A DNA stretch of 64,000 bases. Source: an uncultured Acidobacteriota bacterium. GTDB lineage: Bacteria; Acidobacteriota; Thermoanaerobaculia; Multivoradales; UBA5704. The translations under genes and the position numbers were made by a program. The notes beneath the pieces are model-generated. The model was not told the DNA's origin. It ran no database searches and was given only the letters and a program-made list of their open reading frames with translations. The stretch lies in assembly GCA_963770895.1 (NCBI GenBank), contig CAVYRF010000002.1, positions 2,336,001 through 2,400,000 of the forward strand. Reading direction: 5' to 3'. The stretch's first letter is position 1. Each line of letters opens with the position of its first letter. Shown here one piece after another: positions 36,107-48,508 of the stretch.

Positions 36107-39100
36107 ATGGACAGCGCCAAAGGTCCTGAAGCGAAATGCGGCGCCGAGCCCTCCCGCCGCGTCGAGGCTGCCAGCCTCGATCTCGCGGCGGTGCGAAGCC
36201 GGCTGCAGGAGGCGCGCGGGCCGCAGTTCTGGCGGAGCCTTGACGAGCTCGCCGGCACGCCGGAGTTCCAGGAGGTGTTGCACCGCGAGTTCCCGCGCCA
36301 GGCGTCGGAGTGGGTGAACACCCCCGGCGTCGATCCGTCGGTGTCGCGGCGCGCCTTCCTGCAGCTTTCCGGCGCCTCGCTGGCGCTCGCCGGGCTGACC
36401 GCCTGCACGCGCCAGCCGGTCGAGCGCATCGTGCCCTACGTCGAGCAGCCAGAACAGGTGATTCCGGGCCGGCCGCTGTTTTTCGCCACCACCCTGACCC
36501 ACGGCGGCTACGGCATGGGCGTGCTGGCGGAGAGCCACGAAGGGCGGCCCACCAAGCTGGAGGGCAACGTCGCCCATCCGGCCAGCCTCGGCGCCACCGA
36601 CACCTTCACCCAGGCCTCGGTGCTCACCCTGTACGACCCGGCGCGCTCGCAGGCGGCGCTGCGCAACGGCGGCGCGGCGATGATCAGCACGTTCCTGGTG
36701 GAAGTCGCCCAGCTGCTGCGCGCCAAGCAGGCCTCCGGCGGCGCCGGCGTGCGGCTGCTGTCGGGGGCGGTCACCTCGCCCACCTTCGCGGCGCAGATCA
36801 AGGAGTTCAGCTCCCGCTACCCCAACGCCCGCTGGCACCGCTGGGAGGCGGCCGGGCCGCTGCAGGCGCGCGCCGCGGCGCAGAAGAGCTTCGGCCGGCC
36901 GGTCGACGCGCGCTACGACCTGACCCACGCCGACGTCATCGTCACCTTCGACTGCGACCTGCTGGCCGCCGGTCCGGGCGCGGTGCCCTGCGCCCGCCAG
37001 TTCGCCGACCGCCGCCGGCTGCGCGAATCGCGCCCCGACCTGGCGCAGACGATGAACCGGCTGTATGCGATCGAAACCTCGCCGTCGAGCACCGGCAGCA
37101 TCGCCGACCACCGCCTGCCGCTCGCGCCGGCGGAGCTGGAAGCGCTGCTGCTGGCCCTGGCGGCCGAGCTTGGCGTGGCGGTCACCGCCGCGCCCAACGG
37201 CCTGGGGGCCAAGGCGAGCGCCTGGCTGCCGGTGCTGGCCGCCGACCTCAAGGCCCACCCCGGCGCATCGCTGGTGGTGGCCGGCGAAACCACCTCGCCC
37301 GCGGCGCAGGTGCTGGCCGCCGCCATCAACGAAAAGCTGGGCAACGCCGGCAAGACGGTGATCTATACCGAGCCGGTGGAGCTCGACGCGGTGGACAACC
37401 TGCAGTCGATCAAGGACCTGGTCGGCGACATGCGCGCCGGACAGGTCGACGTGCTGATCATCCTGGACGGCGTCAACCCGGTGTACACGGCGCCGGTGGA
37501 TCTCGACTTCGCCGCCGCCCTCAAGCAGGTCAAGACGACGATCCATCACGGCCTGTATCTGGACGAAACCGCCGAGTACTGCCACTGGCACCTGCCGGGC
37601 ACCCACGCGCTGGAAGCGTGGGGCGACGCGCGCGCCTTCGACGGCACCGCCAGCCTGACCCAGCCGCTGATCGAGCCGCTGTACGGCGGCAAGAGCGCGA
37701 TCGAAGTGATGGCGATCCTGCTCGGCCACGGCGAGGCGACCGGCTACGACCTGGTGCGCGCCACCTGGAACGGCAAGCTTCCCGGCGGCGGCGACCCCGA
37801 AGTGGCCTGGCGCAAGGCGCTGCACGACGGCGTCATCCCCGGCACCGAGCAGCCGCCGCTGGGCGGCGTCACGGTGGCCGCGGCGGCCGTCTCCGAAGCC
37901 GCCGCCCAGATCACCGCGGCACGCGCCGCCGCCGCCGCCGGCCAGCTCGCCCTGGTCCTGGTGCCCGACTCGACGATCGGCGACGGCAGCTGGGCGCCCA
38001 ACGCGTGGCTCCAGGAGCTGCCCAAGCCGGTGACCAAGCTGACCTGGGACAACGCCGTGCTGATGTCGCCCGCCACCCACCAGCGCCTCAAGCTCGATTG
38101 GGAAGAGCGGGTGCGCGTCAGCTTCGGCGGCCGCACGGTGGACGCCGCGGTGTGGGTGCTGCCGGGGCAGGCGGACGACACGCTGACCCTGTCGCTGGGC
38201 TACGGCCGGCGGCGCGCCGGCGAAGTCGGCACCGGGCTGGGCTTCAACGCCTACCCGCTGCGCACCGCGGCCGGCCTGTGGGGCGGCGCCGGGGCGACGA
38301 TCAAGGGGCTGGGCGAGCGCTACACCTTTGCCTGCACCCAGAACCACCACGCCATGGACCAGGAGCAGGGCATCGACGAAGACCAGCTGGCGGGCGAAAA
38401 GGCGGTGGTGCGGCACGCCATCCGCACCGGCACCGTCGCGGTGTTCCAGGCCGATCCCGACTACGTGCACCGCGACGCCGAAGCGCCGGAGCGCGGCAAC
38501 ACCTTGTACCCCAACAAGAATTACGAAGGGCACGCCTGGGGCATGGCGATCGATCTCAACGTCTGCACCGGCTGCAGCTCGTGCGTCATCGCGTGCCAGG
38601 CGGAGAACAACATCCCCACCGTCGGCAAGGACCAGGTGACGCGGCGCCGCGAAATGCACTGGATCCGCATCGACCGCTACTTCACCGGCGACATGGACGA
38701 TCCGCAGCTGCACAACCAGCCGGTGCCTTGCCAGCAGTGCGAAAACGCCCCTTGCGAGGTGGTCTGCCCGGTCGGCGCCACCAGCCACAGCGACGAAGGG
38801 CTCAACGACATGGTGTACAACCGCTGCGTCGGCACCCGCTACTGCTCCAACAACTGCCCCTACAAGGTCCGCCGCTTCAACTTCCTGCGCTACAGCGACA
38901 ACAAGAGCCCGCTGGCGGCGATGCTGTACAACCCCGACGTGACGGTGCGCATGCGCGGCGTCATGGAAAAGTGCACCTACTGCGTGCAGCGCATCGAGCA
39001 CGCCAAGATCGACTCCAAGGTGAGCGGCCAGCCGATCGCCGAGGAGCGGCTCAAGACCGCCTGCCAGCAGGCGTGCCCGACGCAGGCGATCGTCTTCGGC

Positions 39101-39277
39101 GACCTGAACGCCGAAAAGTCGGGCGGCCCGGCCTGGCAGGTGTCGAGCGTCAAGGCCAGCCCGCTCAACTACGGCCTGCTGGAGGACCTCAATACCCGGC
39201 CGCGCACCACCTACCTGGCGCGCGTCACCAATCCGAACCCGCAGCTGGCAGCAGCGCCTGGCGAGAAGAGGACCTAG
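36107..39277 (+). CDS. actB: Alternative complex III ActB (Tat-exported molybdopterin-oxidoreductase-like domain + Fe-S domain)
   Basis: FWRSLDE, SRRAFL Tat motif and LTAC lipobox, GRPTKLEGN..HP; CTGCSSCVIAC, CQQCENAPC, CVGTRYCSNNCPY, KCTYC..CQQACP. Confidence 0.93.
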   Translation: MDSAKGPEAKCGAEPSRRVEAASLDLAAVRSRLQEARGPQFWRSLDELAGTPEFQEVLHREFPRQASEWVNTPGVDPSVSRRAFLQLSGASLALAGLTACTRQPVERIVPYVEQPEQVIPGRPLFFATTLTHGGYGMGVLAESHEGRPTKLEGNVAHPASLGATDTFTQASVLTLYDPARSQAALRNGGAAMISTFLVEVAQLLRAKQASGGAGVRLLSGAVTSPTFAAQIKEFSSRYPNARWHRWEAAGPLQARAAAQKSFGRPVDARYDLTHADVIVTFDCDLLAAGPGAVPCARQFADRRRLRESRPDLAQTMNRLYAIETSPSSTGSIADHRLPLAPAELEALLLALAAELGVAVTAAPNGLGAKASAWLPVLAADLKAHPGASLVVAGETTSPAAQVLAAAINEKLGNAGKTVIYTEPVELDAVDNLQSIKDLVGDMRAGQVDVLIILDGVNPVYTAPVDLDFAAALKQVKTTIHHGLYLDETAEYCHWHLPGTHALEAWGDARAFDGTASLTQPLIEPLYGGKSAIEVMAILLGHGEATGYDLVRATWNGKLPGGGDPEVAWRKALHDGVIPGTEQPPLGGVTVAAAAVSEAAAQITAARAAAAAGQLALVLVPDSTIGDGSWAPNAWLQELPKPVTKLTWDNAVLMSPATHQRLKLDWEERVRVSFGGRTVDAAVWVLPGQADDTLTLSLGYGRRRAGEVGTGLGFNAYPLRTAAGLWGGAGATIKGLGERYTFACTQNHHAMDQEQGIDEDQLAGEKAVVRHAIRTGTVAVFQADPDYVHRDAEAPERGNTLYPNKNYEGHAWGMAIDLNVCTGCSSCVIACQAENNIPTVGKDQVTRRREMHWIRIDRYFTGDMDDPQLHNQPVPCQQCENAPCEVVCPVGATSHSDEGLNDMVYNRCVGTRYCSNNCPYKVRRFNFLRYSDNKSPLAAMLYNPDVTVRMRGVMEKCTYCVQRIEHAKIDSKVSGQPIAEERLKTACQQACPTQAIVFGDLNAEKSGGPAWQVSSVKASPLNYGLLEDLNTRPRTTYLARVTNPNPQLAAAPGEKRT

Positions 39278-39278
39278 C

Positions 39279-40682
39279 ATGGCCACCCTTGACGTAGACC
39301 GGCGCACCGGGCTCGCGCTGCCACCGCAAAAGGAGGTGGTGATCGATCCGGACTACACCGCCGGCAAGATCACCGACAAGATCACCTCGATCATCACCGG
39401 CGCCACGCCGCGCTGGTGGTATGCCGCCTTCGGCCTGTCGTTCCTGGTTTTGATGATGTTCATGGGCGCCGTCACCTGGCTGTTCTGGAAGGGCGTCGGC
39501 ATCTGGGGCATCAACATCCCCAACGGCTGGGGCTTCGCCATCATCAACTTCGTCTGGTGGATCGGCATCGGCCACGCCGGCACGCTGATCTCGGCGATCC
39601 TGCTGCTGCTGCGCCAGGACTGGCGCACCTCGATCAACCGCTTTGCCGAAGCGATGACCCTGGGCGCCGTGGCCTGCGCCGGCATGTTCCCGATCCTTCA
39701 CCTGGGGCGGCCGTGGCTCGCCTATTGGCTGATGCCCTACCCCAACACCATGGGGCTGTGGCCGCAGTTCCGCAGCCCGCTCATCTGGGACGTGTTCGCG
39801 GTGTCGACCTACGCCACGGTGTCGCTGCTGTTCTGGTACACCGGCCTGGTCCCCGACCTGGGGACCATGCGCGACCGCGCCAAGACCAGGGTGTCGCGCG
39901 TCGTCTACGGCGCCCTGTCGCTGGGCTGGCGCGGCTCGGTCCGGCACTGGAACAACTATGAGAGCGCCTACCTGCTGCTGGCCGGCCTGGCGACGCCGCT
40001 GGTGCTGTCGGTGCACACGGTGGTCAGCTTCGACTTCGCGATCGGCATCATCCCCGGCTGGCACTCGACGATCTTCCCGCCCTACTTCGTCGCCGGCGCG
40101 ATCTTCGACGGCTTCGCCATGGTGTTGACGCTGGTGCTGCCGCTGCGCGCCGCCTTCGGCCTGCACGGCCTGATCACCGAGCGCCACCTGCATGCGATGG
40201 GCAAGGTCATGCTGGCCACCGGCTGGATCGTGTTCTACGGCTACATGATCGAAATCTTCTACGCCTGGTACAGCGCCAACGATTCCGAGTGGTTCATGAT
40301 GAAGAACCGCATGTTCGGGCCCTACCGGTTCTTCTGGATGGCGCTCATCTTCTGCAACGGCCTGGTGCCGCAGCTGCTGTGGAAAAAGAGCGTGCGCTCG
40401 TCGCCGGTCATGCTGTGGTGCATCTCGATGGTCATCAACGCCGGCATGTGGCTGGAGCGCTTCGTCATCGTCATCACCAGCCTGCATCGCGACTTCCTGC
40501 CCTCTTCGTGGGGCATGTATCGCGGCACGGTGTGGGACTGGGCGACCTTCATCGGCACCCTCGGCCTGTTCATGACCCTGATGATGCTGTTCATCCGCTA
40601 CCTGCCGATGATCGCCATGTCGGAGATGCGGACGATGACGCCGGGCGCCAGCGGCACCGGCAAACCGGAGGAGGCATCGTGA
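39279..40682 (+). CDS. actC: Alternative complex III quinol-binding subunit (NrfD/PsrC family)
   Basis: NFVWWIGIGHAGTLISA, RFAEAMT, HLGRPW, SPLIWD, PGWHSTIFPPYF, GMWLERF. Confidence 0.93.
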   Translation: MATLDVDRRTGLALPPQKEVVIDPDYTAGKITDKITSIITGATPRWWYAAFGLSFLVLMMFMGAVTWLFWKGVGIWGINIPNGWGFAIINFVWWIGIGHAGTLISAILLLLRQDWRTSINRFAEAMTLGAVACAGMFPILHLGRPWLAYWLMPYPNTMGLWPQFRSPLIWDVFAVSTYATVSLLFWYTGLVPDLGTMRDRAKTRVSRVVYGALSLGWRGSVRHWNNYESAYLLLAGLATPLVLSVHTVVSFDFAIGIIPGWHSTIFPPYFVAGAIFDGFAMVLTLVLPLRAAFGLHGLITERHLHAMGKVMLATGWIVFYGYMIEIFYAWYSANDSEWFMMKNRMFGPYRFFWMALIFCNGLVPQLLWKKSVRSSPVMLWCISMVINAGMWLERFVIVITSLHRDFLPSSWGMYRGTVWDWATFIGTLGLFMTLMMLFIRYLPMIAMSEMRTMTPGASGTGKPEEAS

Positions 40683-41236
40683 GCTCGCAAGCAAGCGCCA
40701 ACGCTCCGGACGGGGTGTACGGCATGATGGCTGAGTTCGCCACCGCCGACGAGCTGGTGGCGGCGGCGCACGCCGTGCACCATGCCGGTTACCGCAAGGT
40801 GGACGCCTACACGCCCTATCCGATGGAAGCGGTGATGGAAGCGCTGGAGCTGCCGCGCTCCAAGATGCCGCTCATCGTGCTGATCGGCGGCATCATCGGC
40901 GGTCTGACCGGCTTTTTCCTGCAGTACACCACGCAGGTGTTCATCTACCCGTGGAACATCGGCGGCCGCCCCTACAACAGCTGGCCGGCCTTCATCGTGC
41001 CGACGTTTGAATGCACCATCCTGTTTGCCGCCCTGTCGGCGGTGGTCGGCATGATCCTGCTCAACGGTCTGCCGCAGCCGTACCATCCGGTGTGGAACGT
41101 GCCGGCATTCGATCGCGCTTCGGACGACCGCTTCTTCCTGGTGATCGAGGCGACCGACCCCAAGTTCGACCAGGACGAGGCGCGGCGCTTCCTCACCGGC
41201 TTGAATCCCAGCGAGGTGACCGCCGTTGCGCCCTGA
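40679..41236 (+). CDS. actD: Alternative complex III subunit D (DUF3341)
   Basis: MAEF, DAYTPYP, NIGGRP..SWPAFIVPTFE, DDRFFLVI. The GTG overlaps the actC stop. Confidence 0.9.
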   Translation: MSSQASANAPDGVYGMMAEFATADELVAAAHAVHHAGYRKVDAYTPYPMEAVMEALELPRSKMPLIVLIGGIIGGLTGFFLQYTTQVFIYPWNIGGRPYNSWPAFIVPTFECTILFAALSAVVGMILLNGLPQPYHPVWNVPAFDRASDDRFFLVIEATDPKFDQDEARRFLTGLNPSEVTAVAP

Positions 41237-41918
41237 CCGCTCGCTTCTCCCGCGCTCGCCGTTGGTGCTGGGCTTGGCGCTGGCGCTGCTGCCGCTCGGC
41301 GCCTGCCGCAACAACATGCACAACCAGAACAAGGTGCGCCCGCTGCGCGAAAGCACCTTCTTTGCCGACGGCGCTTCGGCGCGGCCGCTGCCGGCGCACA
41401 CCGTGACCGCCGGCGGTCCGGGCCAGGACGACGTCTTTTCGAGCGGCGTGCAGGATCGCCAGCCGGTGGCGGCGGTGCCCTTCCCGGTGACCCGCGACGT
41501 GCTGCTGCGCGGCGAGCAGCGCTTCAACATCTTCTGCTCGCCCTGCCACGGCCGGCTGGGCGACGGCAACGGCATGATCGTGACGCGCGGCTACAAGCAG
41601 CCGACCTCGTTCCACGACGACCGCCTGCGCAACGCCCAGGTGGGATACTTCTTCAACGTCATGACGCAGGGGTTCGGCATCATGCCGAGCTATGCCAGCC
41701 AGATCCCGGCGGCCGACCGCTGGGCGATCGCGTCCTACATCCGCGCCCTGCAGCTCAGCCAGAACGCCCACCTGGCGGATCTGCCCGAGGCAGTGCAGAA
41801 GACGGTGGCAAACGACCTGGCGCAGCCGCCGTCGTCGCCGTCGCCCCCGCCGGCGCAACCATCGCAACCGCTGCCGTCATCGCAGCCACCGGCGCAGAAG
41901 CCGAGCGAGGTCCCATGA
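41226..41918 (+). CDS. actE: Alternative complex III monoheme cytochrome c lipoprotein
   Basis: LGAC lipobox, FNIFCSPCHG, MPSYA, DRWAIASYIRALQ. Confidence 0.92.
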   Translation: MRPDRSLLPRSPLVLGLALALLPLGACRNNMHNQNKVRPLRESTFFADGASARPLPAHTVTAGGPGQDDVFSSGVQDRQPVAAVPFPVTRDVLLRGEQRFNIFCSPCHGRLGDGNGMIVTRGYKQPTSFHDDRLRNAQVGYFFNVMTQGFGIMPSYASQIPAADRWAIASYIRALQLSQNAHLADLPEAVQKTVANDLAQPPSSPSPPPAQPSQPLPSSQPPAQKPSEVP

Positions 41919-43150
41919 GCGGCAGTTCATCCCACGGCATCCCGATCGTCGCCCGTCTGGACGTGCAGGCGTTCACGCCCGCGCCCCAGGCGGTGGCGGC
42001 GCTGCAACGGCTCGGCGTCATCCTGTGCGCGCTGGGCGTCGCCGGCAGCGTGGCCGCCATCCTGGTGAGCCCCGAATACTTCTTCCGCGCCTACCTGGTG
42101 GGCTGGGTGTTCTGCGTCGGCATCGCCTTCGGCTGCACCGCGCTGACCATGCTCAACCACCTGGTCGGCGGCGGCTTCCTGCTGGTGGTGCGACGGGTGC
42201 TTGAAGCCGGCACCCGCACCATCCCGGTCCTGGCGCTGGCGGCGGTGCCGCTGCTGTTCAACCTGGAGCGCATCTACCCCTGGGCCGACCCGGCCAAGGT
42301 GAAGGTCGACGCGGTGCTGCGCTGGAAGGCGCCGTACCTGAACAGCGGCTTCTTCTTCGGCCGCATGGTCGTCTACTTCGCCATCGTCGGCACGCTGGCG
42401 TTCGTGCTCAACCGCATGTCGCTCGAGCAGGACCGCACCGGCAATCCCGATCTGGCGCGCCGCATGCGCATGGTGTCGGGTCCGGGCATCATCCTGTACT
42501 GCCTGGTGGCGACCTTCGCCTCCGTCGACTGGCTGATGTCGATCGAAACCCACTGGTCGTCGACGATGTACGGTTTCTACCTGATCGTCAGCCAGGCGCT
42601 GGCGGCGCTCACCTTCACCATCGTCATCGCCTTCTTCCTGCTGGCGCGCACCGAGCCGATGGCGCCGCTGATGCGCAAGAAGCACTTCCACGACTACGGC
42701 AAGCTGTTCCTGGCGCTGACCATGTTGTGGACGTACCTGTGCTTCTCGCAGTTCCTGATCATCTGGGCCGGCAACCTGCCCGAAGAGATCGCCTGGTACC
42801 GGCATCGCATCCTGAGCGGCTGGGGCCTGGTGGCGGCGGTGGTGATCTACTTCCACTTCGCCTTCCCGTTCGCCATCCTGCTGTCGCGCGACTTCAAGGA
42901 GAAGCCGCGCTGGCTCGCCAGGCTGGCCGTCTGGGTGCTGCTGATGCGCCTGGTGGACATCTTCTGGCAGGTGGAGCCGGGCTTCAAAGTCGAGCAGGCG
43001 GCGCTCTACTGGGCGTACCTGGCGGTGCCGGCGGCGCTGTTCGGCGGCTGGCTGTGGCTGTTCGGCCGCCAGCTCAAGCAGCGGTCGCTGCTGCCGGTGC
43101 ACGACCCGCAGGTGTCCGAGGTGGCCCGCAAGGAGGTGGTTGTCGCATGA
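41915..43150 (+). CDS. actF: Alternative complex III subunit F
   Basis: Polytopic; YPWAD, K.PYLN, DWLMS..HWSSTMYG, HDYGK, FSQFLIIWAGNLPEE..WY. Confidence 0.92.
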   Translation: MSGSSSHGIPIVARLDVQAFTPAPQAVAALQRLGVILCALGVAGSVAAILVSPEYFFRAYLVGWVFCVGIAFGCTALTMLNHLVGGGFLLVVRRVLEAGTRTIPVLALAAVPLLFNLERIYPWADPAKVKVDAVLRWKAPYLNSGFFFGRMVVYFAIVGTLAFVLNRMSLEQDRTGNPDLARRMRMVSGPGIILYCLVATFASVDWLMSIETHWSSTMYGFYLIVSQALAALTFTIVIAFFLLARTEPMAPLMRKKHFHDYGKLFLALTMLWTYLCFSQFLIIWAGNLPEEIAWYRHRILSGWGLVAAVVIYFHFAFPFAILLSRDFKEKPRWLARLAVWVLLMRLVDIFWQVEPGFKVEQAALYWAYLAVPAALFGGWLWLFGRQLKQRSLLPVHDPQVSEVARKEVVVA

Positions 43151-43836
43151 CCAACGTCCACGCCAGTGCGGGCGAGCCCGCCGTCGACCACCCGACGTCC
43201 TCCGAGCAGTTCGACCGCGAGCTCGACATCCGCCGCATCCTGTGGGTGAGCGGCGGAGTTGCGGCCATCACCCTGGTTTCCGTCGTCCTGATGTGGGCCC
43301 TGCTGGCCGGCTTCAACGCCTTCGACAACCGGCACGCGCCGGCGCCGCCGCCGATGCCCGCGGCGGCACAGGAGGTGCCGCCGACGGAGCCGCGGCTGCA
43401 GCCTTCACCGCCGGCGGACATGGACGCCATGCGCGTCTCCGAAGACCAGGTCCTGCAGCACGCGGCATGGATCGACCGCGCCAAGGGCACGGTGCGCCTG
43501 CCGATCGACGTGGCGATCGACGTGATCGCCGCCGGTGGGATGCCGACCGTCACCACGCCGTCGCTCTCCACCATGACGGCGCAGGGCTCGATGTCGAGCA
43601 ACGGCCGGCCGCCGACCGACCAGCCCAGCCCCGGCACGTTGCTGCCGGCGCCGGGCATGGGCATCGGCAGCATCGGTCCGCCCTCGGCCGGTGCCGGCCA
43701 GGTGCGCGGCGCGGCCATGCCGGACAGCCCCGCCGCGGCTCCCGCGACGGCGGCTCCGGCTCCGACAACGCCGGCCACGCCGCCGGCGCATCCGCTGGTG
43801 ATGCCGCCGCCGCCCCCGCCGGGAGGCATGCCCTGA
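43147..43836 (+). CDS. ActG-like single-TM subunit with Pro/Met-rich tail
   Basis: One TM; PPTEPRLQ and WID..KGTVRLPIDVAI motifs; located between actF and SCO with overlapping start/stop. Confidence 0.7.
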   Translation: MTNVHASAGEPAVDHPTSSEQFDRELDIRRILWVSGGVAAITLVSVVLMWALLAGFNAFDNRHAPAPPPMPAAAQEVPPTEPRLQPSPPADMDAMRVSEDQVLQHAAWIDRAKGTVRLPIDVAIDVIAAGGMPTVTTPSLSTMTAQGSMSSNGRPPTDQPSPGTLLPAPGMGIGSIGPPSAGAGQVRGAAMPDSPAAAPATAAPAPTTPATPPAHPLVMPPPPPPGGMP

Positions 43837-44750
43837 TGCGTCGTCGCTCGACAGGCGCTGGCGCCACTGCCGCAACTGCCGCCACCGCGGCGATCATCGC
43901 CGGCCTTGCCGGCCTGTGGCTGCTCGCGGCCGCCGCCGGCGCCGGTGCGCAATCGGTGGCGCCGCTGCAGTACGCTCCCAATTCGGGCGAGGCGGCGTTG
44001 CCGGGCGGCATGCCGACGCCGTTCCAACGCCTGGGCTTCGACCAGCGCGTGGGGCAGAAGGTGCCGGCAGACCTGGCTTTCCGCGACGAGACCGGACGGC
44101 AGGTTGCGATCGGCGACTACTACGGCAAGCGGCCGCTGGTGCTGGCGCTGGTGTACTTCCGCTGCCCGATGCTCTGTCCGCTGACGCTCAACGGTCTGAC
44201 CCGCAGCCTCAAGGGCATGAACTTCGACGTCGGGCGCGAATACGACGTGCTGGTGGTCAGCTTCGATCCCCACGACACCGCGGCCCAGGCGGCCACCGCC
44301 AAGCGCGAGGCCGTGGCCCGCTACGGCCGTCCCGAAACCGCCGACGGCTGGCATTTCCTGACCGGCGGCCAGGAGCCCATCCGCCGCCTCACCCAGGCGG
44401 TCGGGTTCCGCTATTTCTACGACGAGCACGCGGGCCAGTTCGCGCACGCCGCGGGCATCGTGCTGCTGACGCCGCAGGGGGCGGCCTCGCGCTACCTCTA
44501 CGGCATCGAATTCCCGCCGCGCAACGTGCGGCTGGGCCTGGTCGAAGCGTCCAACAATCGCATCGGCACGCCGGTCGACCAGGTGCTGCTCTACTGCTTC
44601 CACTACGACCCGGTTGCGGGTCGCTACAGCCGCGTGACCCTCAACATCGTCCGCCTCAGCGCGCTTCTGTGCGTGGTGGGCCTGGGCCTGATGATCGTGC
44701 TGTTCAAACGGCGCGAGCACCAAGACCACAACCCCTTAGGAACCGTCTGA
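43836..44750 (+). CDS. SCO-family protein of the ACIII-oxidase operon
   Basis: YFRCPMLC (CxxxC), VSFDPHDT, WHFLTG, FAHAAG, YLYG, LLYCFHYDP, C-terminal TM. Confidence 0.9.
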   Translation: MRRRSTGAGATAATAATAAIIAGLAGLWLLAAAAGAGAQSVAPLQYAPNSGEAALPGGMPTPFQRLGFDQRVGQKVPADLAFRDETGRQVAIGDYYGKRPLVLALVYFRCPMLCPLTLNGLTRSLKGMNFDVGREYDVLVVSFDPHDTAAQAATAKREAVARYGRPETADGWHFLTGGQEPIRRLTQAVGFRYFYDEHAGQFAHAAGIVLLTPQGAASRYLYGIEFPPRNVRLGLVEASNNRIGTPVDQVLLYCFHYDPVAGRYSRVTLNIVRLSALLCVVGLGLMIVLFKRREHQDHNPLGTV

Positions 44751-44751
44751 T

Positions 44752-45795
44752 ATGCGGTCGTTCACCGTCCCGTTTTTCCCTGAGGAGGCCACCCGCGCGG
44801 CCCGCGAGGTGGACGCGATGTTCGGGGTGTGGCTGGCGATCAGCCTGTTCTTCACCGTCCTGATCGCGGCCCTGGTGGTGGTCTTCATGGTGCGCTACCG
44901 CCGCCGCTCCCCCGACGAGGTGGGCAAGAGCGAACACGCCGGTCCCTGGCTGGAGATCATCTGGTCGGCGGTGCCGCTGTTCATCATGCTGGGGATGTTC
45001 GCCTGGGGCGCCCGCCTCTTCTTCGTGCAGCACCGCGCCCCCCAGGACGCGGTGGAGTACTGGGCGACCGGCAAGCAGTGGATGTGGAAGTTCCAGCATC
45101 CCAACGGCAACCGCGAGGTCAACCACCTGCACCTGCCGGTCGGCCAGACCGTCAAGCTGACCATGACGTCGGAAGACGTGATCCACAGCTTCGGCGTGCC
45201 GGCGTTCCGCCTCAAGCAGGACGTCAACCCCGGCGCTTACACCTCGATGTGGTTCAAGCCCGACCGGGTGGGCACCTACCACCTGTTCTGCGACCAGTAC
45301 TGCGGCGTCGAGCATTCGCGCATGGTGGGCAGCGTCATCGTCATGTCGCCCGAAGACTACGCCGCCTGGCTGGCCGGCGGCCCGGCGCCCGGGCAGTCGC
45401 CGGCGGCGGCCGGGGCGCAGCTGTTCCAAAGCTTTGCCTGCTACACCTGCCACGAATCGGGGCCGGGTTGGATGGCGCGCGGGCCGAGCCTGCAGGGGGT
45501 CTACGGCCACCAGGTGCCGCTCGACAGCGGCAGCACCGTGCTGGCCGACGAAGGCTATCTGCGCGAGTCGATCCTGCTGCCGGCGGCAAAGGTGGTCAAG
45601 GGATGGCAGCCGATCATGCCGACCTACCAGGGGCAGGTCAGTGAAGAGCAGCTCATCGACCTGATCGCCTACATCAAGTCGCTGGGAACCGCGCCCGCGA
45701 TGGGCACCGGCGCGGTCAACCCGCCAGGGACGTCGAGCCCGCAGAACGGCGGTCCGGCCGGCTCCATGCCTGCCACCGCGGGATCGACCAAGTGA
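44752..45795 (+). CDS. coxB: Cytochrome c oxidase subunit II with fused cytochrome c (caa3 type)
   Basis: [18 protein letters not shown] (CuA site), C-terminal CYTCH..MP. Confidence 0.95.
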   Translation: MRSFTVPFFPEEATRAAREVDAMFGVWLAISLFFTVLIAALVVVFMVRYRRRSPDEVGKSEHAGPWLEIIWSAVPLFIMLGMFAWGARLFFVQHRAPQDAVEYWATGKQWMWKFQHPNGNREVNHLHLPVGQTVKLTMTSEDVIHSFGVPAFRLKQDVNPGAYTSMWFKPDRVGTYHLFCDQYCGVEHSRMVGSVIVMSPEDYAAWLAGGPAPGQSPAAAGAQLFQSFACYTCHESGPGWMARGPSLQGVYGHQVPLDSGSTVLADEGYLRESILLPAAKVVKGWQPIMPTYQGQVSEEQLIDLIAYIKSLGTAPAMGTGAVNPPGTSSPQNGGPAGSMPATAGSTK

Positions 45796-45802
45796 AAGGC
45801 GC

Positions 45803-47444
<1,642 letters not shown>

Positions 47445-47452
<8 letters not shown>

Positions 47453-48113
47453 CAGTCACGCGATGCTCCAGCATCACTTCGACGACCTCGATCAGCAGCG
47501 CGAGGCGTCGACGCTCGGCATGTGGGTGTTCCTGTGCACCGAGGTCCTGTTCTTCGGCGGGTTGTTCACCACCTACGTGGTGTACCGCACCCGCTTTCAC
47601 GGCGTCTTCGCGCAGGCCAGCCACCACCTCAACGTGACGCTGGGCGCGACCAACACGCTGGTGCTGATCTGCAGCAGCTTGACCATGGCGATGGCGATCT
47701 GGTCGTCGCACATCAACAAGCGCAAGATGATCGTGTTCTTCCTGATCCTGACGATGCTTTTGGGATCGACGTTCCTGGTGATCAAGTACTTCGAGTACGC
47801 CGAAAAGTTCCACCACCACCTGGTGCCGGGTCCCAACTTCCACTACGTCTGCCCGGCGGGCGAAGAGTGCCACCCGCAGGAAGCGTCGATCTACTTCGCG
47901 CTGTACTTCTGCATGACAGGGTTGCACGCGCTGCACATGATCGTCGGCCTGGGGCTGTTGACCTATCTGCTGGTGCCGTCGTGGCAGGGGAAGTTCACCG
48001 CCGAATGGCACAACCCCCTGGAGTGCGTCGGCCTGTACTGGCACTTCGTGGACATCGTGTGGATCTTTCTGTTCCCGTTGCTCTACCTGATCGGGGCCCA
48101 CGGTCCCGCCTGA
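47445..48113 (+). CDS. Cytochrome c oxidase subunit III
   Basis: [39 protein letters not shown]. Confidence 0.95.
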
Positions 48114-48159
48114 CGGGGACCGCGACGGAACCTGGCGGACCTTGGCGGAGATAGCTGAC

Positions 48160-48504
48160 ATGTCGCAGACCGAATACAACGGCGGACACGAAGACGGGGA
48201 GCAGCACCATGCTCCGTCCAGGAAGCCCTACTTCCTCACCTTCGGCTTCCTGATCGTCATGACTCTGATCACGGTGGTGGTGGCCAAGTTCGAGCTGGGG
48301 CCGCTCAACGACATCGTGGCCATGGCGATCGCGGTCGCCAAGGGGACCGCGGTCATCCTCTTCTTCATGCACGTCCGCCACAGCTCAACCCTGACCAAGC
48401 TGACGGTCGCCTCGGGTTTCGTGTGGCTGGCGATCATGATCTTCGTCACCATGTCGGACTATTGGACGCGCGGCTGGCTGGATACCTTCGCGTCCAACCG
48501 GTAG
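48160..48504 (+). CDS. Cytochrome c oxidase subunit IV (caa3 type)
   Basis: Three TM; AVAKG..VILFFMHV, SDY.TR; GGAG RBS before the ATG at 48160. Confidence 0.9.
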   Translation: MSQTEYNGGHEDGEQHHAPSRKPYFLTFGFLIVMTLITVVVAKFELGPLNDIVAMAIAVAKGTAVILFFMHVRHSSTLTKLTVASGFVWLAIMIFVTMSDYWTRGWLDTFASNR

Positions 48505-48508
48505 CGGT

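Noticed and set aside
36107-39277. Catalytic molybdoenzyme linked to the moeB-like gene
   Set aside because: Context and motifs identify ActB, whose molybdopterin-like domain is established as cofactor-less. The MoeB-like gene sits with cysM and JAB, not with Moco genes.
35285-39307. 1340-aa minus-strand ORF (likewise 50301-53510 -, 27355-30033 +, 18214-20793 +, 5796-8318 -)
   Set aside because: Antisense shadows of well-supported genes. Stop codons are rare in this high-GC DNA, and the translations are Arg/Gly/Ala-rich with no motifs.
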